From a virus: DNA of 64,000 nucleotides. Every line of letters starts with the position of its first letter. The first letter of the stretch is position 1. The position numbers were made by a program, and so were the translations under genes. The DNA lies in IMG/VR virus record IMGVR_UViG_3300049893_003686; one strand, 5' to 3'. Shown one piece after another: positions 1 to 7,286 of the stretch. The notes beneath the pieces were generated by a model that was not told the DNA's origin, made no database searches, and saw only the letters and a program-made list of their open reading frames with translations.

Positions 1-160
1 GGGCTTCTAGGGCTTATAGGGCTTCTAGGGTTTCTTGGGCTTCTGAGGCTTCTGTGGCTTCTTGGGTTTCTGGGGCTTATAGGGCTTCTTGGGTTTCTGT
101 GGTTTCTGGGTTTTCGGTGGTTTATAGAGGTTATGTGGTCTCTATAGTAAGAGGCGGTAG

Positions 161-412
161 ATGATTTCTTATGCTGTAGTTTATTTTTATTCTGGGGCTT
201 CTAGGGCTTCTGGGGCTTCTGGGTCTTATAGGGCTTCTGGGTCTTATAGGGCTTCTTGTGTTTCTAGGGCTTCTTGGATTTCTAGGGTTTCTGGGGTTTC
301 TGTGGCTTCTGTGGTTTCTGGGGCTTCTTGGGCTTCTTGGGCTTCTGGCGCTTCTAGGGCTTCTAGGGTTTCTGGGGTTTCTTGGGTTTCTGGAGTAAGG
401 GGTGGTAGATGA
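161..412 (+). CDS. Candidate small repeat protein (unit A1): N-terminal [10 protein letters not shown] followed by (A/V)-S-(G/R/W) triplets, ending RGGR
   Basis: AAGAGG lies 6 nt upstream of the ATG. The TGA stop overlaps the next ATG (ATGA). Low-complexity sequence, so coding status is unproven. Confidence 0.3.
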   Translation: MISYAVVYFYSGASRASGASGSYRASGSYRASCVSRASWISRVSGVSVASVVSGASWASWASGASRASRVSGVSWVSGVRGGR

Positions 413-678
413 TTTCTTATGCTGTAGTTTATTTGTATGGCGGGGCTTCTTGGGCCTCTAGGGCTTCTGGGGCTTCTAGGGCTTCTGGCGCTTCTGGGGC
501 TTCTGGGGCTTCTGGGGCTTCTGGGGCTTCTAGGGTTTCTAGGGTTTCTGGGACTTCTAGGGCTTCTTGGGCTTCTTGGGTTTCTAGGGCTTCTGGGGCT
601 TATAGGGTTTCTTGGGCTTCTGGGGCTTCTTGGGCTTCTGGAGGTTGTGCAACCTCTATAGTAAGGGGTAGTAGATGA
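409..678 (+). CDS. Candidate small repeat protein (unit A2)
   Basis: AAGGGG-N6-ATG and ATGA junctions at both ends; same (A/V)-S-(G/R/W) frame as unit A1. Confidence 0.3.
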   Translation: MISYAVVYLYGGASWASRASGASRASGASGASGASGASGASRVSRVSGTSRASWASWVSRASGAYRVSWASGASWASGGCATSIVRGSR

Positions 679-971
679 TTTCTTATGCTGTAGTTTATTT
701 TTATTCTGGGGCTTCTGGGGCTTCTTTGGTTTCTGGGGCTTCTAGGGCTTCTTGGATTTCTGGGGCTTCTAGGGCTTCTAGGGCTTCTAGGGCTTCTAGG
801 GCTTCTAGGATTTCTGAGGCTTCTGTGGCTTCTTGGGTTTCTGGGGCTTCTGGGGTTTCTGGGGCCTCTGGGGCCTCTGGGACTTCTAGGGTTTCTGGGG
901 CTTCTAGGGCTTCTTGGGTGTCTAGGGTTTCTTGGATTTCTAGGGCTTCTAGAGTAAGAGGCGGTAGATGA
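675..971 (+). CDS. Candidate small repeat protein (unit A3)
   Basis: Same architecture as units A1 and A2. The following copy (ATG 968) runs out of repeats and terminates after ~25 codons. Confidence 0.3.
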   Translation: MISYAVVYFYSGASGASLVSGASRASWISGASRASRASRASRASRISEASVASWVSGASGVSGASGASGTSRVSGASRASWVSRVSWISRASRVRGGR

Positions 972-1601
972 TTTCTTATGCTGTAGTTTATTTTTATGGT
1001 GAGGTTTCTGACGCTAACTCATATAGTAGGATATAAGGATCTATCTTTGACGCAGTAGCATCTACATCGGGATTACATCTTGATATAGCTGTTCGTGAGC
1101 ATAATTTTAATTTTCGCAAAGATCAATAGTTGCTAATAATATAGTTTATGATAAATAGCCTAAGTCTAATCCTTAATGTCTATCTATATAGAGATTTGCA
1201 ACAAACCTTATATCAAGGTCCGCAGTCAGTGGGTTATCGGTGTTTATGATTCTTCCCACTACATCATATAGACCTTATTACCAATATAGCTTAATTTAAA
1301 GCCCCGGATTGTAACTGGGAGATGCGAGCTTATATGCTCGCTATTGGTATTTGTAATTTACATATAATCGTATGCCAGTCGCACATACATCTGCTTATAG
1401 CACTTCGATATAATTATAGTTTATTCTGCTTAGAGGGCCATGTGATTACTTCATCACAGGCAGTCTAAAGCGATTTAAACCTTCTTGAAGAAAGCAATTA
1501 TATACACTAGAAAAATACCTAACCTAGATTAAGGAAGGGTAATTCCGTCAGAGGCAATTTTCTACTGCTATCGTATATGATTTTTATATCTCTACACTAG
1601 A

Positions 1602-1715
1602 AGGTTAATATCTTAGCGTCCAAGATATTAAATACTTTTGCGAAAAAACCGATCTATAAGATCACTGAGATCGCGGGGGAAAATATTCTTAGACAAATGC
1701 ATAGGGCGATCCGAG
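1602..1715 (+). repeat. Direct repeat copy 1 (114 bp) inside the gene-free core
   Basis: Matches 2172-2284 with 3 differences seen (two substitutions and one G indel in ..ATCACTGAGATCGCGGGGGA..). Contains the hairpin AATATCTT-agcgtcc-AAGATATT and the palindrome GATCT-ATA-AGATC. Confidence 0.95.
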
Positions 1716-2171
1716 TCTATACTTACTATTATTTCCTCAAGTAAATATATCCTAAGTACCCTATATAATTCTACGAGTTTATTCGACTAATGAGATTCTT
1801 CTTTTCGCGGCCAATAAATGGCACAGCCAGCTACTAGAAGCGCCTCATATTCGGTATAAACGCATTTTATAATAATAATTCTGAGCAACCCGCATAGGCC
1901 ATCTGGGCACCCATTTGGGTCTACTGTAATCATGTATATTTATAAGATTTTATCAAAGCCACTAGTGTGTGAAAAATATATTTGGGTTAATAAATTACTA
2001 ATCTACAATATCCTGCGGCAATTTTATAGTAGGCATCGCAGGTTGCAACATTTTCTATCTTGAAGATGGCGATAAGAATCCATTATATAGCGAGCGTTCT
2101 CACCAAGTGGAAATGTGTCACATCACATTAAGACAATCGTATATAGAGACATCCAGCAATAAATACCGCAT

Positions 2172-2284
2172 AGGTTAATATCTTAGCGTCCAAGATATTA
2201 AATACTTTTGCGAAAAAACCGATCTATAAGATAACCGAGATCGCGGGGAAAATATTCTTAGACAAATGCATAGGGCGATCCGAG
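2172..2284 (+). repeat. Direct repeat copy 2 (113 bp) inside the gene-free core
   Basis: See copy 1; same orientation, about 570 bp downstream. Confidence 0.95.
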
Positions 2285-2630
2285 GATTGGATCTAACACT
2301 ACTAGATCTATTCTAATACAATAGATAGTAACTTTAATTCTCTATATGTTAACCATACTCTAAACTTAAGAGTAATTCTAATCTACCAATATCATGCCTT
2401 TGCTATAAGATCTCCGATATCTATCAAAGCTATAAGTGCGTAATAATTTTTATTAGGTTAATACATTATTAACATTAATATAAATAACTGCCTAAATTCT
2501 ACACCCTAAGTCGCATTTCTTCAGATAATTAACTACACATTAACTGTGTGGGCAGCATACAGATGAGTTTGGTAACAGCTAACCCTAAAAACCTATACGA
2601 CATCATAATATAGCTATGGAGAGCGACGAG

Positions 2631-2846
2631 ATGATTTCTTATACGGCAATTTATTGGTATGGTGAAGATTCTAATACTTATGGGGTTTCTAGGGTTTCTG
2701 GGGATTATAGGGCTTCTTGGGCTTCTGGGACTTCTTGGGATTCTGCGGCTTCTAGTGTTTCTAGGGCTTCTAAGGTTTATAGGGCTTCTTGGGTTTCTGG
2801 GGTTTTTTGGGGTTATGTAATCTCCAGAGCAAGGAGTGGTCAATGA
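2631..2846 (+). CDS. Candidate small repeat protein (unit B1)
   Basis: The homologous ATGATTTCT start is at 2631; the ORF track extends it to an upstream ATG at 2616. ATGA junction at 2843-2846. Confidence 0.25.
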   Translation: MISYTAIYWYGEDSNTYGVSRVSGDYRASWASGTSWDSAASSVSRASKVYRASWVSGVFWGYVISRARSGQ

Positions 2847-3031
2847 TCTCTCATGCGACAGTTTATCTTTATGGTGGAGCTTATTGGACTTCTAAGGCTT
2901 CTAAGGCTTCTGGGATTTCTAAGGCCTCTTGGATTTCTAAGGCTTCTGGGGTTTCTAGGGTTTCTATGGCTTCTAGGGCTTCTGGGGGTTATGGGAGCTA
3001 TATAGTCTCCAGAGCAAGAGGTGGTAGATGA
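2843..3031 (+). CDS. Candidate small repeat protein (unit B2)
   Basis: AAGGAG lies 6 nt upstream of ATG 2843. ATGA junctions at both ends. Confidence 0.3.
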   Translation: MISHATVYLYGGAYWTSKASKASGISKASWISKASGVSRVSMASRASGGYGSYIVSRARGGR

Positions 3032-3279
3032 TTTCTCATGTGGGAGTTTATTTTTATTCTGTGGCTTCTTTGGTTTCTGGGGCTTCTTTGGTTTCTAGGG
3101 CCTCTAGGGCTTCTAGGGCTTCTAGGGCTTCTGTGGCTTCTGGGGCTTCTGGGGCTTTTAGGATTTCTGGGGTTTCTGGGGCTTCTTTGGTTTCTATGAC
3201 TTCTGGGGTTTCTGGGGCTTCTGGGGTTTCTGGGGCTTCTGGGGTTTCTGGGGTTTCTGGGGCAAGAGGTGGCAGATGA
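3028..3279 (+). CDS. Candidate small repeat protein (unit B3)
   Basis: AAGAGG-N6-ATG and ATGA junctions at both ends. Confidence 0.3.
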   Translation: MISHVGVYFYSVASLVSGASLVSRASRASRASRASVASGASGAFRISGVSGASLVSMTSGVSGASGVSGASGVSGVSGARGGR

Positions 3280-3551
3280 TTTCTCATGTGGGAGTTTATT
3301 TTTATTCTGGGGCTTCTTGGGTTTCTTGGGTTTCTGGGGTTTCTGTGACTTCTTGGGTTTCTAGGGTTTCTGGGGTTTCTGGGGTTTCTGTGACTTCTGG
3401 GGTTTCTGGGGTTTCTGGGGCTTCTGGGGTTTCTAGGGCTTCTAAGGCCTCTATGGTTTCTGGGGCAAGAGGTGGTAGATTATTTCTCATGTGGGAGTTT
3501 ATTGGTACGGCGAGGTTACTGGAGCGGACCTATTCGTATAGGAATAGATAA
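3276..3551 (+). CDS. Candidate small repeat protein (unit B4), reading through a decayed fifth linker
   Basis: AAGAGG-N6-ATG. The next junction is mutated (AGATTA instead of AGATGA), so the ORF continues to 3551. Confidence 0.25.
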   Translation: MISHVGVYFYSGASWVSWVSGVSVTSWVSRVSGVSGVSVTSGVSGVSGASGVSRASKASMVSGARGGRLFLMWEFIGTARLLERTYSYRNR

Positions 3552-3589
3552 TTTAAGTATAAAGCAATATACTTCACATAGAGAGTGAC

Positions 3590-4078
3590 ATGAATATCTT
3601 CCTAGTAGATACTGATCCAATTAAAGCAGCACAAGCGTTATGCGACAAACATTGTATCAAAATGATTCTAGAAACAGCACAATTGCTATCAACATCAGTA
3701 TACCTCACAAAAGGAGATTTAACAGGGCTGTATAAGCCAACCCATTTAGCACATCCATGTACTAAGTGGGCCTCAGAGTCTAAGATTAATTTTAATTGGC
3801 TAAAGAACCATGGATTAGGCCTTCTGTCGGAATATACGTTTCGATATCGAAAAGAGCATAAGTCAACACAGATAATATTAAAATGCACTAATGAATCTCT
3901 ACCAGACTTACCTGCTACAGATTTTGTTCAGGTAATGCCAGAGGTATATAGACGACCAGATCCTACAGAAGCATATAGGGCTTATTATAATAGTGCAAAG
4001 TATATGATGGCCACGTGGACAAGGCGGCAGCCTCCAGAATGGTGGTGCTCACAATTGTACGTAGAAAAGCACGAATAA
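3590..4078 (+). CDS. Conserved hypothetical protein
   Basis: 162-aa ORF and the first gene after the repeat region. The motifs DKHCIKMILETAQLLS and HPCTKWA recall a widespread phage/bacterial family that I cannot name with certainty. Confidence 0.7.
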   Translation: MNIFLVDTDPIKAAQALCDKHCIKMILETAQLLSTSVYLTKGDLTGLYKPTHLAHPCTKWASESKINFNWLKNHGLGLLSEYTFRYRKEHKSTQIILKCTNESLPDLPATDFVQVMPEVYRRPDPTEAYRAYYNSAKYMMATWTRRQPPEWWCSQLYVEKHE

Positions 4079-4114
4079 AGATAATCTATTATAAAATAAT
4101 ATTGAGGAGAATAG

Positions 4115-4477
4115 ATGCAGCCATCAGATATGATAATTAATCAAAAAGACTGCAGAGGGCTATTCGAGCAGCTGATCACATCGCAACCCTATGCTTTGAT
4201 AGATAAAATAAAGCTAGGTGAATTATCCAATGCGCGTATGGGAGAAGCGCTGGAGATAATAGGTCAGCTTAATTACGAATTGATACATGATATCTATGCC
4301 AATTTAGTAAATCATCATAACTCATTGGTACGTGGTGGCATAGTTTGCGGACTAGCCCTACATTCAGAAAATGTACAAGCTAGGCAATTACTTAAACAGA
4401 TGGCTGACTCAGATCCATCAGAGACAATACGATACGCTGCCGGACAAATATATTTCGAACATAGGTCAGTAAAATGA
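4115..4477 (+). CDS. Hypothetical protein, possibly HEAT-like repeats
   Basis: GAGGAG SD upstream. The helical-repeat-like C-terminus (..VQARQLLKQMADSDPSETIRYAAGQ..) is weak evidence. Confidence 0.6.
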   Translation: MQPSDMIINQKDCRGLFEQLITSQPYALIDKIKLGELSNARMGEALEIIGQLNYELIHDIYANLVNHHNSLVRGGIVCGLALHSENVQARQLLKQMADSDPSETIRYAAGQIYFEHRSVK

Positions 4478-4965
4478 TGCAGCATGTAGTTATCCATGAA
4501 GGGTCACTCCTTGATTCTAAGGATCAGTACTTGGCCCACCAGACAAACTGCATTTCAAAAAGAGCAGCACACCTAGCAGATGAGGTATTTGCTAAATATC
4601 CATATGCGAACGTTTATTCCAAACGCACATCTCAGGATGAACCAGGAACAATCATCATTAGCGGTAACGGCAACGATGAAAGATACGTCATCAATATGAT
4701 GGGGCAGGTCTATCCAGGCAAACCTAAGTATAGCGAGAGTGCCACTGATGGGTACAGAGCCCGATATAGATATTTTTTTCTATGCCTAAAAGCTATATCT
4801 AAAATAGATAATTTGCAAAGTATTGCATTTCCATGGCAGATAGGCTGTGGCGCAGCAGGTGGCAACTGGGAAGATTACTATAATTTACTAAATAAATTCG
4901 CGAAACATTTATCAGGTAAAGTAGAAGTAAAGATATATAGACTCCCAGATGATGATCATATATAA
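4474..4965 (+). CDS. Macro-domain protein (ADP-ribose binding/hydrolase, Poa1p/TARG1-like)
   Basis: ATGA overlap with the upstream gene. Motifs YLAHQTNC and IAFPWQIGCGAAGGNW resemble the macro-domain phosphate-binding loops. Confidence 0.65.
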   Translation: MMQHVVIHEGSLLDSKDQYLAHQTNCISKRAAHLADEVFAKYPYANVYSKRTSQDEPGTIIISGNGNDERYVINMMGQVYPGKPKYSESATDGYRARYRYFFLCLKAISKIDNLQSIAFPWQIGCGAAGGNWEDYYNLLNKFAKHLSGKVEVKIYRLPDDDHI

Positions 4966-4988
4966 TTTGTTATAACAAAGGTAAATTC

Positions 4989-5387
4989 ATGAAACAAATG
5001 GCAAGTCCTGGATGGAAGAACAAATCAGGTTACTATATCATAGAAAGAGAGGAATGGCGAGCAGAAATATATCCAAGCTCCAATAATTATGCCTGGCGTC
5101 TAGATCGTGCAGGATATACCCGATTCTCGGGAGAAGATAATAATTTAGAAGAGATTAAAAGAAATTTAGAATTAATACTAGGATATAGATTTCTTGTTAA
5201 AGAAGAGATTGTTATTGATAAATATTGCACATGTGGCGGATGCGCAAGATTTACTGGTCGATGGCAAGTACTTGACTGTATGGGCGAGGAAGAGCCGATC
5301 TTTCAGAGTGAGGATGATGCATTAGCTTGGATAGCCAATCAAGACATGAAGCACGAAATAGCTAATCTGGCACACAAAATGCAATAA
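4989..5387 (+). CDS. Hypothetical protein
   Basis: 132-aa ORF with AAGG upstream of the ATG and no recognised motif. Confidence 0.65.
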   Translation: MKQMASPGWKNKSGYYIIEREEWRAEIYPSSNNYAWRLDRAGYTRFSGEDNNLEEIKRNLELILGYRFLVKEEIVIDKYCTCGGCARFTGRWQVLDCMGEEEPIFQSEDDALAWIANQDMKHEIANLAHKMQ

Positions 5388-5457
5388 TCTGTACATGTGA
5401 TACTCATATTAGCTTAACTTAATATTTGCATATCAGGATATATGTGGAGAACATAAC

Positions 5458-5697
5458 ATGTTATTTACGATAGGAAATAGAGAATTTGAATTTGCTAGAC
5501 AAACTTCTGAAATAGGCAAGCTCTTCTGTGGTATGTATAATACCGAGACTGATGCGTATATAGGGGTACATTTCTTTGTATCAAAACCGACTCATAAGTA
5601 TTGGGGATTTCAGCAAGATGAGTTGGGCGGAACTTTAATGAAGCAATTTGGATTAGGTCCAATAGCATTATTTGTGTGGGTGGCATATGGCGAATAA
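5458..5697 (+). CDS. Hypothetical protein
   Basis: 79-aa ORF with GGAGAA upstream. Confidence 0.55.
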   Translation: MLFTIGNREFEFARQTSEIGKLFCGMYNTETDAYIGVHFFVSKPTHKYWGFQQDELGGTLMKQFGLGPIALFVWVAYGE

Positions 5698-5863
5698 AAA
5701 TAGCTTGAGAGTAGCACATAAAGGGTTGGCCTATCATGAAATGACTTCAGATGTTTATGATGGTCCAAGATCTATAAGTGACCGAAAATGGTGGAAGCGA
5801 TATGCCGCGAAGCGCAAAAGACGCACTGAAGATAATGAAATTGTAGAACAGATTGGCAAGTAA
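5687..5863 (+). CDS. Hypothetical small basic protein
   Basis: ATG at 5687 overlaps the upstream gene by 11 nt; the track's alternative start is 5672. An 8-bp hairpin (GTCTCTTA-atac-TAAGAGAC, 5877-5896) follows. Confidence 0.45.
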   Translation: MANKNSLRVAHKGLAYHEMTSDVYDGPRSISDRKWWKRYAAKRKRRTEDNEIVEQIGK

Positions 5864-6133
5864 GACCTGTACCACAAGTCTCTTAATACTAAGAGACGTA
5901 TGATAGAGAAATTAGGATGGATATAAATAAACGAAATTTAGAGGATGCTGGCGATCACATAGAAGCACACTTTTTGCTCAGAGCGTGGTTATCACGAACT
6001 ATGGTAAGTATTATATATGCTTAGGCTATACTGACAGTTAATTATAGTAATTATTATTGCCTTTACTTACCTCGTATAACGCATCATCAGAGATAATACG
6101 CGGTAACTGAAATCTTATTACTAGAGATTTTAT

Positions 6134-7243
6134 ATGCATGATGAAATCAATGTTGGAGTTGTAATCGGAAGATTCCAACCTCTACACATCTGTCACCTCT
6201 CAGAGGCGATCTTGCCCGCCCTAGATGAATCAGACACATTAATCATTCTTCTCGGATCATCGCACAGACCAAGTACACCTAAAAATCCATGGACGGACTC
6301 TGATAGGGCGGAGATGATTCATCTTGGCCTAAAAGACGCAGGGATGACCGTAGAGGCATATGGAAATTGGTTATTAAAGATAGGTGCGAGTGACACTACT
6401 CAAAAGACGGTATATATTGTTCCAATAAGAGACTTTGCTTATTCAGATATTCAGTGGCAGATGCAAGTGCAGGAGAAAGTAAGAGAGATCGTTTCATCCT
6501 GCTCAAATCTCGATAGCAAATATGAATCTGCAAAAATTAATCTATTTGGAGTAGATCGTGATGATACCACATTCTACCTTAAATTATTTCCTCAATGGAT
6601 AGATAAAACAACTAAGCGGGATAAGAGCTCCGATCAAGTTAAGGGCACAATGTGCAGAGAGCTGATTTTTGCTAGCGGCGCAAAAGGTCATGGGGAGTGG
6701 GGAAAGTACTTGTCACCCCAGGTATCAGAATTCATATTAAATTGGTGTAACTCAATATCATTTTCATCACTTAAAGAAGAGTTTGATTTTCTCAAACGAT
6801 ATAAGGCAGACTTATCTGGATATAAATATCCAATTATATTTCAAACAGTAGATAATATTATTCTATATAAGGGGCACGTCTTCTTGCTAAATAGGAGGAG
6901 TTTCCCTGGAAAAGGATTGCTATCTTTACCGGGCGGGTTTATAGATTCCAGTCTAACTCTACTTCAGAGCGCGCTATCTATAGCCAAAGAGAAAAGTAAA
7001 CTTAATCTTAAATTAGACTGGCTTGTAGCAAGCAAGACTTTCGATTATCCCGGACGCTCACTAAGAGGCAGGACTATCACTACAGCATTTCTCTGGAAAT
7101 TACCCGAGACAATGAATGTAATAGTTGCAGGGGCAAATAAAGAACACTGGTATCAGCTATGCGATATCATGAAAATGAGTGATTTCTTATATGAAGATCA
7201 CTATGATATCATAATTGATATGCTACAGCTTAGCAAGACATAA
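6134..7243 (+). CDS. Bifunctional-type nicotinamide-nucleotide adenylyltransferase (NMNAT) with a C-terminal Nudix-like domain
   Basis: The N-terminal GRFQPLHICH matches the cytidylyltransferase (H/T)xGH motif of NadR/NadM-type NMNAT. The C-terminal LPGGFIDSS..LSIAKEKSKL is a degenerate Nudix box that has lost the REx2EE acidic residues. Confidence 0.8.
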   Translation: MHDEINVGVVIGRFQPLHICHLSEAILPALDESDTLIILLGSSHRPSTPKNPWTDSDRAEMIHLGLKDAGMTVEAYGNWLLKIGASDTTQKTVYIVPIRDFAYSDIQWQMQVQEKVREIVSSCSNLDSKYESAKINLFGVDRDDTTFYLKLFPQWIDKTTKRDKSSDQVKGTMCRELIFASGAKGHGEWGKYLSPQVSEFILNWCNSISFSSLKEEFDFLKRYKADLSGYKYPIIFQTVDNIILYKGHVFLLNRRSFPGKGLLSLPGGFIDSSLTLLQSALSIAKEKSKLNLKLDWLVASKTFDYPGRSLRGRTITTAFLWKLPETMNVIVAGANKEHWYQLCDIMKMSDFLYEDHYDIIIDMLQLSKT

Positions 7244-7286
7244 GTCGATATACGACGCATATAACTTATTTTCGGAGGAATATACC

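Larger units (their letters stand above)
1..1000 (+). repeat. Nested tandem-repeat array A: 9-bp microrepeat (consensus DGG-GYT-TCT) in long runs punctuated by a conserved ~55-bp linker; macro-periods 248, 266, 293 bp; first unit truncated by the window start
   Basis: Linker (..AGTAAGAGGCGGTAGATGATTTCTTATGCTGTAGTTTATTTTTAT..) read at ~147-205, 397-445, 655-705 and 950-1000. ATGATTTCT anchors sit at 161, 409, 675 and 968. Everything between is 9-mers such as GGGCTTCTA, GGGTTTCTG and TGGCTTCTT. Confidence 0.95.
2616..3551 (+). repeat. Nested tandem-repeat array B: same 9-bp microrepeat and a variant of the same linker, same orientation as array A; macro-periods 212, 185, 248, 203 bp
   Basis: Linker variant (..GCAAGAGGTGGTAGATGATTTCTCATGTGGGAGTTTATTTTTAT..) with anchors at 2631, 2843, 3028 and 3276, plus a decayed copy at 3479 (ATT instead of ATG). 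Confidence 0.95.

Noticed and set aside
437-661. Alternative-frame ORF (GLLGLLG..) within array A
   Set aside because: It is open only because the 9-mer lacks stops in that frame. It has no SD and no conserved start in the other units.
161-971. Collagen-like (G-X-Y)n interpretation of the plus-strand repeat ORFs
   Set aside because: The periodic first position is not invariant Gly. It varies among G, R, W, V, C, E and L, so a collagen triple helix is not supported.
2529-3490. Minus-strand repeat ORFs (2529..2843 PRNPRS-type; 3054..3287 and 3302..3490 PETPEA-type)
   Set aside because: No SD precedes their ATGs. Equivalent frames in array A are broken by TAA codons arising from the CTTATAGGG variants. 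They are kept only as an alternative under the coding hypothesis.
1-3551. CRISPR-like reading of the conserved ~55-bp linkers separated by ~130-240 bp
   Set aside because: The intervening segments are not unique spacers; they are runs of the same 9-bp microrepeat. The linker is too long and is not palindromic like a CRISPR repeat. No cas genes are present in the window.
7215-7286. Upstream extension of the NAMPT ORF (track start 7215)
   Set aside because: A strong CGGAGGAA SD precedes ATG 7287, and the TDSYK signature then sits at the normal N-terminal position. The extension also overlaps the upstream gene.
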